A stretch of 63,806 nucleotides of DNA, filler included, from Thermodesulfobacteriota bacterium (GTDB lineage: Bacteria > DASVDK01): assembly GCA_036381125.1 (NCBI GenBank). It is 6 parts of 6 records of this genome, joined end to end, with 100 filler letters (N's around TTAATTAATTAA, not from the genome) between each part and the next. Parts side by side here need not be neighbours in the genome. Positions count along the whole stretch, not along the records: positions 33,117 to 48,031 come from DASVDK010000134.1; positions 48,132 to 61,403 come from DASVDK010000135.1; 4 more parts are not named here. The stretch is one strand, 5' to 3'. Shown here piece after piece: positions 44,759 to 53,652 of the stretch. The translations under genes were made by a program, and so were the position numbers. The notes beneath the pieces were generated by a model, which was not told the DNA's origin, ran no database searches, and worked only from the letters and a program-made list of their open reading frames with translations. The stretch's first letter is position 1, and every line of letters starts with the position of its first letter.

Positions 44759-46451
44759 CCAGATCGCCGACCGGCAGCTCGCGGGAGACCTCACGGGCCG
44801 CGCGGCGCTCCCCGCGCGGCCCGTCCGCGCGCGGCGCAAGGCCCGCGTGCGCCGCGCCTTCCCGCTGGCCGCGCTGGTCATCGCCGGCGTGGTGGCGCTG
44901 CCGGTCTGCCTCGTCGCGGCCAACCTGCTCGTGCCGAGGGGCGAGGTGTGGGCGCACCTGGCGGCCACGCTCCTCCCGGAGCTCGTCCTCAACACCGTCC
45001 TCCTGCTGGCCGGTGTGGGGGTGGGCGTCTCGGTCCTCGGCACCGGGCTCGCCTGGCTCGTGGCCACGCGCCGGTTCCCCGGGCGCGACCTCTTCGACTG
45101 GGCGCTGATCCTGCCGCTCGCGATGCCGGCGTACGTGATCGGCTTCGTGTTCGTGGGGGTCTTCGAGTTCTCGGGGCCGCTGCAGACCGCGCTGCGGAGC
45201 CTCTTCGGCGCCGGCTTCCGGCTGCCCGAGATCCGCTCCTACGGCGGCGTCGTCGCCGTCATGACCCTCGTCTTCTACCCGTACGTCTACCTCCTCGCCC
45301 GCACGGCGTTCGGCGAGCAGCGCCTCACGCTCCTCGAGGCGGCCCGCAGCCTCGGCGAGACGCCGCGCGGCGCCTTCTTCCGCGTGGCGCTCCCGCTCGC
45401 CCGGCCCGCCATCGCGGCCGGCGCCGCGCTGGCGCTCATGGAGACGCTCGCCGACTTCGGCACCGTGGCCACCTTCGGCTACCGGACCTTCACGACCGCC
45501 ATCTACCGCGTCTGGTTCGGCATGTTCGACCGGGTGGCGGCCGGCCAGCTCGCCGCGGTCCTCATGGTGGCGGCCGCGGGGCTCATCGTGGCGGAGCGGC
45601 GGGCGCGGGGCCGCGCCCGCTTCACCCAGACCCACGGCCGGGCGCTCGCCGCCGAGCTGCCCCGACTCACCGGCTGGCGGGCCGCGGCTGCCACCGGTGC
45701 GTGCGCCCTCGTGCTCCTGACCGCCTTCGTCCTGCCCACCGGGGTCCTCGTGGCCTGGAGCCTCGAGGCCTGGGCGGCCGGGCGCGTGGCGTCCACCTAT
45801 CCCCAGCTCGTCACCCGCAGCCTCGGCCTGTCGGCGGTGACGGCCGTCGTCGCCGTCACGGCCGCCCTCGTCCTGGCCTACGGCATCCGGATGGCGCCGA
45901 CGCGGCTGCTCCAGGGGGCCGTCCGCGTGGCGGCGCTCGGCTACGCCGTCCCCGGATCGGTCGTGGCGGTCGGCGTGCTGCTCGTCCTGGCCGGTCTCGA
46001 TCACGCCATCGGCGCGGCGGCCGGCCGGATCGCAGGCGTCTCGACGGGGCTGCTCCTCACCGGTTCCGCCGCCGGCCTCGTCTTCGCCTACCTGGTCCGG
46101 TTCGTGTCGGTGAGCTTCCAGGCGGCGGAGTCGGGTCTCGCGCGCGTCGCGCCGAGCATGGACGAGGTCGCCAGGAGCCTCGGCGCCGGCCCCGGACGCA
46201 CGCTCCGCGAGGTGCACCTGCCGCTCGTGTCCGGCGCGCTCCTCACCGGCCTCATCCTGGTCTTCGTCGAGGTCATGAAGGAGATGCCGGCGACGATGCT
46301 GATCCGTCCCTTCGGGATGGACACGCTGGCGGTGGAGGTCTGGCAGCGGACCACCGAGTCGCTCTGGCAGGAGGCCGCGCTCCCGGCGCTGACGATCGTC
46401 GCCGTGGGCGTCCTGCCGGTCGTCCTCCTCACGCGTCTCAGGCGGCGATGA
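44742..46451 (+). CDS. Fe(III) ABC permease (start uncertain)
   Basis: FPGR, PLAMPAYV, YPYVY, EAARSLG, KEMPAT. Confidence 0.9.
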   Translation: MSGTSSQIADRQLAGDLTGRAALPARPVRARRKARVRRAFPLAALVIAGVVALPVCLVAANLLVPRGEVWAHLAATLLPELVLNTVLLLAGVGVGVSVLGTGLAWLVATRRFPGRDLFDWALILPLAMPAYVIGFVFVGVFEFSGPLQTALRSLFGAGFRLPEIRSYGGVVAVMTLVFYPYVYLLARTAFGEQRLTLLEAARSLGETPRGAFFRVALPLARPAIAAGAALALMETLADFGTVATFGYRTFTTAIYRVWFGMFDRVAAGQLAAVLMVAAAGLIVAERRARGRARFTQTHGRALAAELPRLTGWRAAAATGACALVLLTAFVLPTGVLVAWSLEAWAAGRVASTYPQLVTRSLGLSAVTAVVAVTAALVLAYGIRMAPTRLLQGAVRVAALGYAVPGSVVAVGVLLVLAGLDHAIGAAAGRIAGVSTGLLLTGSAAGLVFAYLVRFVSVSFQAAESGLARVAPSMDEVARSLGAGPGRTLREVHLPLVSGALLTGLILVFVEVMKEMPATMLIRPFGMDTLAVEVWQRTTESLWQEAALPALTIVAVGVLPVVLLTRLRRR

Positions 46452-47503
46452 CCCGAGAGTCGCGCGTCCGCCTCGAAGGGGTCACGAAGACCTACCCGGC
46501 CGCCTCCGCGCCGGCCGTGGCGGACCTGTCGCTCGACGTGGCGCCGGGCGAGATCCTGGCCCTCCTCGGCCCATCGGGGTGCGGCAAGACGACCACGCTC
46601 AGGCTCGTCGCCGGCTTCGAGACGCCGGAGACCGGCCGGATCGTCGTCGGCGGCCGGGTCGTCGACGACGACCGCGTCCACCTGCCGCCGGAGCAACGCG
46701 GCATCGGGTTCGTCTTCCAGGACTACGCGCTCTTCCCGCACCTCACGGTGCGCGACAACATCGCCTTCGGGCTCAGGCGGATGCCGGAGGCCGAGCGCGC
46801 GGCCCGCGTCCGCACGGTCATCGAGCTGTGCGAGCTGGGGGGGATGGAGGGGCGCTTCCCGCACGAGCTGTCGGGCGGGCAGCAGCAGCGCACCGCGCTC
46901 GCCCGGGCCATGGCGCCGGGCGCCGAGGTCGTGCTCCTCGACGAGCCGCTCGCGAGCCTCGACCCGGAGATCCGGGCCACGCTGCGCGGCGAGATCCGGC
47001 GCACGCTCAAGCAGGCCGGCAAGACCGCCATCCTCGTCACGCACGACCAGGACGAGGCGTTCGAGATCGCCGACCGGGTCGGCGTCCTCGACCACGGCCG
47101 GCTCCAGCAGATCGGCACGCCGGAGGAGATCTTCTACGCCCCGGCCACTCGCTTCGTCGCGCTCTTCGTCGGCCAGGCGAACTTCGTCCCCGGCCTCGTC
47201 GACGGGGAGAGCATCGACACCGAGGTGGGCCGCCTCGCGAACGAGCCGGGGCTCGCGCCGGGGACGCCGGTCGACGTGATGCTCCGGCCGTCGAACGTGC
47301 AGCTCGAGGCCGACCCCGACGGCCCCGGGATCGTGACCGCCCGCGTCTTCCACGGCTCCGAGCGGGTCTACACCGTCCGGCTGCCGTCGGGCCTCGAGCT
47401 GCGCGCGAGCCTGCCGTCGACCTCGGCGCTTGCCGAAGGGGCCCGCGTCGCCGTGATCGCGCGCCCCACGCACGTCGTCGCCTTCGGCCGCGGCCAGGCC
47501 TGA
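46448..47503 (+). CDS. Fe(III) ABC ATP-binding protein
   Basis: [21 protein letters not shown]-terminal TOBE-like region. Confidence 0.92.
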   Translation: MTRESRVRLEGVTKTYPAASAPAVADLSLDVAPGEILALLGPSGCGKTTTLRLVAGFETPETGRIVVGGRVVDDDRVHLPPEQRGIGFVFQDYALFPHLTVRDNIAFGLRRMPEAERAARVRTVIELCELGGMEGRFPHELSGGQQQRTALARAMAPGAEVVLLDEPLASLDPEIRATLRGEIRRTLKQAGKTAILVTHDQDEAFEIADRVGVLDHGRLQQIGTPEEIFYAPATRFVALFVGQANFVPGLVDGESIDTEVGRLANEPGLAPGTPVDVMLRPSNVQLEADPDGPGIVTARVFHGSERVYTVRLPSGLELRASLPSTSALAEGARVAVIARPTHVVAFGRGQA

Positions 47504-47633
47504 CGAGCGACCGCTCCGTTCGGCGCTGCAGGAGCCTGGCCCCCCCTTCCCTCGACGGTCACGATTCCGGACCGGCCCCCGCGGGCTACGGCGGGCGCCG
47601 TCGGCTCGTCACCGGCTCGAGGGGCTGGCGGCA

Positions 47634-47679
47634 GGGGCCAGGTCTCGAGGGGCGTGGAAAACGGAAAGGCCTGACCCCC
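47634..47679. repeat. Single copy of the 25-bp repeat plus a degenerate inverted half
   Basis: tggaaaacggaaaggcctgaccccc at 47655-47679; ggggccaggtct at 47634-47645. Confidence 0.75.
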
Positions 47680-47682
47680 CGT

Positions 47683-47931
47683 CTAGCCGGCGACGACGTC
47701 CTGCTCGACGGGGTCGACGCGGACGCCGGCGTCGCGGAAGAAGGCCCAGAGGCGCTCGATCTCGCCCGGGTCGCCCTTGCACTCGAGCGCCATGATCCCC
47801 CCCTGGTCGGTCACCGACGCCTGACGGATGCTGGTCTCCACCTCGAACCGCCGGGTCGCGCGGTAGAGGATCGGCTCGCCGATGAGGTGGGGCGGGTAGG
47901 TGAGCCAGACCCGGCGCGTGACCTTCCTCAC
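47683..47931 (-). CDS. NIL domain protein
   Basis: LTYP..LI.EPIL, IRQASV, G.M.LE..G. Confidence 0.8.
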   Translation of the reverse strand: MRKVTRRVWLTYPPHLIGEPILYRATRRFEVETSIRQASVTDQGGIMALECKGDPGEIERLWAFFRDAGVRVDPVEQDVVAG

Positions 47932-48031
47932 CGCGCGGTCCCCCCGGCGATGGCCGGCACGATGGAGAGGTCGGCCGTCGCCGGGACCGGCGTCGAGAGC
48001 CCCTCGAGGAACCGGATGTCCTCGTCGTTGA
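47928..48031 (-). CDS. MoaD/ThiS/CysO-like sulfur carrier (5' partial)
   Basis: [15 protein letters not shown]...[13 protein letters not shown]-stop. Confidence 0.8.
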
Positions 48032-48131
48032 NNNNNNNNNNNNNNNNNNNNNNNNNNNNNNNNNNNNNNNNNNNNTTAATTAATTAANNNNNNNNNNNNN
48101 NNNNNNNNNNNNNNNNNNNNNNNNNNNNNNN

Positions 48132-48645
48132 CGCGTCCGGGCAGCGCCTGGGGATCGCCGGTCGACCCGACGGGAACACGGTCGCCCGGCGCCAGGGCGC
48201 GGCCGGCGAGGCCTCCGAAGGCGCCGCGCAGGAAGGTCGAGCGGCTCCCGAGGACGGACGGCACGTCGATGCCGCCCGCGACGGCGAGGATCGGGCGAAG
48301 GCCCGCGCGGGCGGGGCCGATGACCAGGCGGCAGCCGTCCGGCAGCCAGGTCGCCCTGTAGGGCGGCACCGGCACGCCGTCGGCCGTCGCCAGGCACTCC
48401 GCGCCGCCGAGGGCGACGAGGACGCCCCCCTCGGCCTCCGCCTCGACGACGAGCGTGGGGCCGATCAGGGTCGCCTCCAGGCCGGCCGCGCCGTCGGGGT
48501 TGCCGACGAGGCGGTTGAGGAGGCGGAGCGCAAAGGGGTCCATGACGCCGGCCACCGGAACGCCGCGCGACTGGTAGCCGTAGCGCCCGAGGTCCTGGAC
48601 GGTCGTGAGGGGGCCCGGCTCGATCACGCGCAGCGCGGGCGCCAT
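48132..48645 (-). CDS. pxpC: 5-oxoprolinase subunit C / KipA-like (3' partial)
   Basis: PGPLTTVQDLGR.G, N.LVGN, LGSRST. Confidence 0.88.
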
Positions 48646-49335
48646 CTACCGCTCCTGTCGCGCCACCGCGACGAAGCGCACCCGGTCGCCCGCGAGGATG
48701 AGGCAGGGCTCCTCGCGCAGCGGGTCGAACAACGTGAGCGACGTGCGGCCGATGATCGCCCAGCCGCCGGGGCTCTCGAGCGTGTAGATCCCGGTCTGCT
48801 GCCCGCCGATGCCGACGCTGCCGCCCGGGATCCTGAGGCGGGGGGTCGCGAGCCGCGGGACGGCGAGGCTCGGGTCGAGGCCGCCCAGGTACGGATAGCC
48901 GGGCAGGAAGCCGAGCATGTAGACGACGTAGGTCGGCGCCGTGTGGCGCCGGACGACCTCCTCGGGGGAGAGCCCCGTCCTCTCGCAGACGTAGGCCATG
49001 TCGGGGCCCTCGTCGCCGCCGTAGACGACCGGAACCTCGACGAGGCGTCCGACGCGCGCGCCGTTCGGCGACGCCCGAGGCTCGCGCGCGGCCTCGACCG
49101 CGAGGCGCTCGAGCGTCGCCGCGAGCGCTTCCGGGTCGCCCGCCACCGGGTCGTGGTGGACCATGAGGGAGCGGTAGGTCGGCACCGTCTCGACCAGGCC
49201 CGCGGGGCGAAGCGCGGCGAGCCGGGCGTCGAGGCGGGTCACCATGGCGGAGATCGCAGGGTCGATCGTCTCGCCGAACTCGACGACGATCGCGCGGTCT
49301 CCGGCCGCCCGAATCCTGGGGTATGCGCCGGGCAC
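48646..49335 (-). CDS. pxpB: 5-oxoprolinase subunit B / KipI-like
   Basis: GDRA, VPTYRS, GFLPG.PYL, SPGGW..IG. Confidence 0.9.
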   Translation of the reverse strand: MPGAYPRIRAAGDRAIVVEFGETIDPAISAMVTRLDARLAALRPAGLVETVPTYRSLMVHHDPVAGDPEALAATLERLAVEAAREPRASPNGARVGRLVEVPVVYGGDEGPDMAYVCERTGLSPEEVVRRHTAPTYVVYMLGFLPGYPYLGGLDPSLAVPRLATPRLRIPGGSVGIGGQQTGIYTLESPGGWAIIGRTSLTLFDPLREEPCLILAGDRVRFVAVARQER

Positions 49336-49341
49336 CTGGCG

Positions 49342-50451
49342 CTACGCTCCGGCGGTGCGGCGGCGGTCGGCCAGCGACGCGGCGCGCCCGCCGCGCCGGA
49401 CCTTCACGATCTCGGCCGCGATCGCGACCGCGATCTCCCCCGGCGTGTCGGCGCCGATGTCGAGGCCGATCGGCGCGTGGATGCGCGAGAGGGTGGCCTC
49501 GTCGACCCCCGCGCGGCGCAGGTGGTCGAGGACCGCGCTCACGCGCCGGCGGCTGCCGATCATGCCGATGTAATCGGCCGGGCGGTGGACGACGCGGCGC
49601 AGGACCTGCTCGTCGAGACGATGCCCGCGGGTGACGAGCACGAGGAACGTGCCGCTGCCGATCGGGTGCCGATCGACCGCTGCGACGAGGTCGTCGGCGA
49701 TCACCCGGTCGGCGCCCGGGAAACGGGCGCGCGAGGCGAAGTCGGCCCGGTCGTCGATCACCGTGACCTCGAAGTCGAGCGCCTTGCCGATCGTCGCGAG
49801 CGGCTGGGCGATGTGGCCGGCCCCCACGATGACGAGGTCCGGCGCCGGCGGGAGCGCCTCGAGGAAGACGTCCACCGACGCGCCGCCGAGGAACCGGACG
49901 CGGCGGCTCTTGCCGCTCGCCAGCGCCTCGCCGATCGGGCCGGCGAGGGGTTCGCGCCACGGCACCTCGGGGCCGATCCACTCGCCGTCGGGCAGGGCCA
50001 GGAGCCGCGTGCCGACCGGCGACGCCTCGCCCCCCACCACCGTCGCCACCACCGCCGGCCGCCGTCCGGCGCGGGCACGGGCCAGCTCCTCCAGCAGCCG
50101 ACCCGGCGTCGGCCCGCCGCCCGCCGGCGCCTCGTCGGCGCCGACCCGCTCGACGAACACGTCCATGATGCCGCCGCAGTTCGTCTCGCTGTCGTCCGTG
50201 ATCGGCTCGGTAAGGTCGACGCGCGTGATGACCGGCCGCCCCGTGCGGATCACGTCGAGCGCGTCGCGCTTGACGAGCGCCTCGCCGCAGCCGCCCCCGA
50301 TCGACCCGATGGTCTCGCCGAGCGGTGAGACGAGCATCTTGGCTCCCACCTCACGCGGCACCGACCCGCGTCGCTCGATGACCGTGGCCACCGCGACGCG
50401 TCCGTCGCGCGCCATCCGGGAGTGGAGCGTTTCGTAGAACGCGGACGACAT
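49342..50451 (-). CDS. XdhC/CoxI family molybdoenzyme maturation factor
   Basis: GSVPR..GAKM, GGGCGE, CGG, GAGH, YIGMIGS, PIGLDIGA.TP.EIA. Confidence 0.9.
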   Translation of the reverse strand: MSSAFYETLHSRMARDGRVAVATVIERRGSVPREVGAKMLVSPLGETIGSIGGGCGEALVKRDALDVIRTGRPVITRVDLTEPITDDSETNCGGIMDVFVERVGADEAPAGGGPTPGRLLEELARARAGRRPAVVATVVGGEASPVGTRLLALPDGEWIGPEVPWREPLAGPIGEALASGKSRRVRFLGGASVDVFLEALPPAPDLVIVGAGHIAQPLATIGKALDFEVTVIDDRADFASRARFPGADRVIADDLVAAVDRHPIGSGTFLVLVTRGHRLDEQVLRRVVHRPADYIGMIGSRRRVSAVLDHLRRAGVDEATLSRIHAPIGLDIGADTPGEIAVAIAAEIVKVRRGGRAASLADRRRTAGA

Positions 50452-50539
50452 GGCCGAAGTCTACCACGGGCGCCGTTCGCCTCCCGGCCCGGGGTGCGGT
50501 ATCCTCGCCCGTGGCGCACTGCGGGCCACGGGGAGCGAT

Positions 50540-50821
50540 ATGGGGGGCCGGAGCGAGAAGGGGAAGATGCTGGCAGGGGAGCTGTACCGCCCGGTCGATC
50601 CGGAGCTTGCCGCCGATCACGCGCGCGCCGTGCGGCGCCTTCGGGATTACAACGCGTCCGGCGCGGACCAGCCGGGCCGGCGCATGGCCATCCTGCGGGA
50701 ACTCTGCGGCGCGGTGGGGGACGGCGCCGTGATCGGCGCCGGCAGCGTCGTGACCCGCGACGTCCCCGCCGGCGCCCGGGTGGCCGGCAACCCGGCCAGG
50801 CCGCTGGGGGACCGCCCATGA
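50540..50821 (+). pseudogene. Maltose/sugar O-acetyltransferase with large in-frame internal deletion
   Basis: N-terminal EKGKMLAGELY..DPEL joined directly to C-terminal GAVIGAGSVVTRDVP....AGNPAR; 93 aa. Confidence 0.75.
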
Positions 50822-52065
50822 GCGCCGCGCCGGTCCGGGCGGAGCTGATGATGATCGGCTCCGAGCTGCTCCTCGGGCAGCTCGTCGACACCAACGCCGC
50901 CTATCTCGCACGCCAGCTCGCCGAGATCGGCTGCGACCTCTACTTCAAGACCACCGTCGGCGACAACCCCGGGCGGATGGAGAGCGCGTTCCGCATCGCG
51001 CTCGAGCGCGCCGGCCTCGTGATCTGCAGCGGCGGGCTCGGCCCCACCGAGGACGACCTCACGCGCGAGGTCGCCGCGCGGGTCATGGGGCGGGAGCTGG
51101 TCTTCCACCAGCGCCTCATGGACATGATCGAGGCGCGCCTCTCGCGACGCGGCTACAAGGTCTCGCCCAACAACCGCAAGCAGGCCTTCCTGCCGGCCGG
51201 CGCGATCCCCATCGAGAACGAGCGCGGCACCGCGCCCGGGTTCATCCTGGAGGGAGACGCCGGGACCATCATCGCCATGCCCGGCGTCCCCTCCGAGATG
51301 CAGTGGATGACCGAGACCGCCGTGCTGCCCTACCTCAAGCGTCGCTACGGCCTTGCCGCCACCATCGTCTCGAAGACGTTGAAGGTCGGCGGCATGACCG
51401 AGTCTGGCGTCGACCACGTCGTCGGGGACCTGATCCGCGAGTCTTCCAACCCGACGGTCGGCATCTACGCCTCGCCCGGGATCATCAGGCTGCGCGTCTC
51501 GGCCAAGGCGGCGGACGAGGCCACCGCCAGGGCCTTGATCGCCGGCATGGAGGAGCGCATCCGCGGCCGCCTCGGCGAGGCCGTCTTCGGCGCCGACGAC
51601 GATACGTTGGAGGGGGTCGTCGGGGCGCTGCTCGCCGAGCGGGGCCTGATGCTCGCCGTGGTGGAGACGACCGGCGGCGGGCTCGTCGCCCAGCGCCTGG
51701 TGCAGGCGCGGGTGGCGGGCTTTGCCGGAGGGGTCGTCCTCCCCACCGGCGAGGCCGCGCGGCGCTGGCTCGGCGTCGGGGACGGCGAGTTCATCCCCCT
51801 GGCCGCCGCGCCGGCTGCGCTGGCCGAGGCGCTCGCGTCTCGGGCGCGGGAGGTCTTCGGGGCCGACGTGGCATTGGCCCAGGTGGGCGTGCCGCCCGCG
51901 CCGGGCGAGCCCGAGCTCGCGTCCGGCAAGTCCTACTTCTGCATCGCCACCCGCCAGGGGACCAATCCGTTCGACTTCGGGTTCGGGGGCGTCAGGCCGG
52001 ACGAGCAGTTGCGGATTGCCAATATCGCGTTTGACAGGCTAAGGAAACTGCTGCTGAGGGTGTGA
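50818..52065 (+). CDS. cinA: CinA-like protein (MocF/ADPR-pyrophosphatase domain + degenerate PncC domain)
   Basis: IGSELL.G...DTN, VGD, GGLGPTEDD.T, GTAPG, PGVP.EM. Confidence 0.88.
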   Translation: MSAAPVRAELMMIGSELLLGQLVDTNAAYLARQLAEIGCDLYFKTTVGDNPGRMESAFRIALERAGLVICSGGLGPTEDDLTREVAARVMGRELVFHQRLMDMIEARLSRRGYKVSPNNRKQAFLPAGAIPIENERGTAPGFILEGDAGTIIAMPGVPSEMQWMTETAVLPYLKRRYGLAATIVSKTLKVGGMTESGVDHVVGDLIRESSNPTVGIYASPGIIRLRVSAKAADEATARALIAGMEERIRGRLGEAVFGADDDTLEGVVGALLAERGLMLAVVETTGGGLVAQRLVQARVAGFAGGVVLPTGEAARRWLGVGDGEFIPLAAAPAALAEALASRAREVFGADVALAQVGVPPAPGEPELASGKSYFCIATRQGTNPFDFGFGGVRPDEQLRIANIAFDRLRKLLLRV

Positions 52066-52181
52066 AGGGGGGTGTGTCGGCCGCGCAGTTTCTCTCGGAA
52101 GGACATAGCGGCACGCTGGCATGCAACTCCCACATGAACCCTCTCGGGTGTGGCTTGCGATACTCCAAGAAGCGCCGTATG

Positions 52182-52257
52182 GAACGACGCTCGCGCCGAG
52201 CCGCCGGTGCGTCGCAAGCTCATCGCGAGTGCCATCCGGTCAGGCGCGACGTTGGGT
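52182..52257 (-). other. Degenerate attC-like site
   Basis: Minus strand ACCCAAC-gtcgc-GCCTGACC...GGCTCGGC-gcgagc-GTCGTTC; arms pair with bulges. Confidence 0.45.
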
Positions 52258-52318
52258 CGGCGCCAGGATGGATGGTATACGCGGTGACCCCCCAAGATCG
52301 CTCGTCGACATCGGTCTA

Positions 52319-52796
52319 TCACACTCTCTGCTTCCAGACGAGTCTGCCGATAGCCTTGAACTGGCTGATATTGAGCGAGCCGCGCTCGTTTCTCGCCTTC
52401 AAGCCCGGTTTCAGCAGTGCCTCGACGACGACCGCCCGCCGAGCCTCATAGACGGCCGTAGTTTCAGACTCGGAGTTCATCACGACGAGCAGGACGCCGT
52501 CCCATTCCTTCTCTATATCGATTCGACTGATGCGTTGACCTGGGCTTGCCGTAAGAATGCGCCTGCCCTTCACCTGAGGTCGCTCGATCCGTCTACCTCG
52601 CCGCTGAATCGCGCCATAGCCACGTTCGCGCACTGTTGTGAGTCAGGCTCTAGGAGGCGTGCTGTCTCGTACTCGGCGACCTCCCGGCCGTTCCGAGAGG
52701 GCGGCCGATGAGGGATTCGTAGCGCCTGGCGAGACTCTTAGTGGCCCGAATGATCTCGCCAGCCTCTCGAAGATCCACTGTGCCGGGGTTGAGCAT
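52319..52796 (-). pseudogene. Frameshifted PD-(D/E)XK-like nuclease gene (DUF6998-like)
   Basis: Three frames join as LARRY..LIGRPLG / GEVAEYETARLL / GYGA..QVKGR..PGQR...EWDGVLLV..YEA..KARNERG. Confidence 0.6.
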
Positions 52797-53052
52797 CGCG
52801 ACAGCTTGTATGCAGCAAGACTGATTCTAGGCTGTGCCGCGAGGCAGGTCCGATGTGCTTCGATGTACGGACGTACCGATCCAGCACTGGGTCCCCCAGT
52901 GCGTGCGCCAAGATAAACAGTACCGCACGATGCTGACGGAGGTTGCACGCAGCCCGGACGCCTTCCGCGGCGTCTCGGTAGTTGAGATAGGCCTTGATGG
53001 TGTTGGGTTCTGTGCGTGCGGGTTCGGCTCGCGGCTTCCGACCCCAGCAGGA

Positions 53053-53129
53053 ATCTAATGCCCGCGCTCACCGTCGGGCACATCCAACTTCCTCATGAAA
53101 TGCCCTGCCGGTGCAGCGTGTCGTTAGGC
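53053..53129 (-). other. Integron attC-like site
   Basis: Minus strand R'' GCCTAAC, 5 bp, L'' GCTGCACC, paired core, L' GGTGAGC, 6 bp, R' ATTAGAT (GTT mutated); 50 bp after the DUF4411 stop. Confidence 0.72.
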
Positions 53130-53178
53130 GGCGCGGGAGAGGCAAGCCCGGCTAACGTTCGAGAAGGGACCGATCACC

Positions 53179-53652
53179 TCAGAATTCCCACCCGTTCTGT
53201 TCAAGGAATCCCTCCATGTTTCGGAACGGAATGCCGAAGTGCTGGCAAACGTTGGGAATCCTGGCCGCATTGGGCTTGGTCGCCTCTTCAGTCACGACGC
53301 ATGCTGCTCGAGCCCGTGCTGCAGCGATTACGAAAGGGTCGGCAACCGGTTGCCCGGTCAACCGTTGCTTCGTACCAACCAGCGCTTGAAAGTGGGGGAT
53401 TTTGAAAATCTCGCTGACGAACTCCAACTCTTGGGAAGTGGGAACCGGAAATAGATCACGATGAGCCCGAACCCAGTCCCACAGCCAGCCAGTCACTTGC
53501 CGTTCGAGTTCGTTGTAGACCTCTCGAACCGAGAGGATGAGTCCATCCTGAGTGGCCTTTTCGAACCGCCGCCAGAAGGAAGGGAATCGCTGAGGGTAAT
53601 AGTTGCCGAGAACTCGTATGCTGTTCGTGTCGAACACGTACAGCGGTGCCAT
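53179..53652 (-). CDS. DUF4411 family PIN-domain protein (putative toxin)
   Basis: YVFDTN, YYP..FP.FW, V..EL, ADPFVIA.A, VVTEE, IPNVC. Confidence 0.85.
   Translation of the reverse strand: MAPLYVFDTNSIRVLGNYYPQRFPSFWRRFEKATQDGLILSVREVYNELERQVTGWLWDWVRAHRDLFPVPTSQELEFVSEIFKIPHFQALVGTKQRLTGQPVADPFVIAAARARAACVVTEEATKPNAARIPNVCQHFGIPFRNMEGFLEQNGWEF

Noticed and set aside
52800-53050. Protein-like reading (EPNTIKAYLNYRDAAEGV) between attC and the nuclease pseudogene
   Set aside because: No start codon or recognisable family; at most an unassignable remnant
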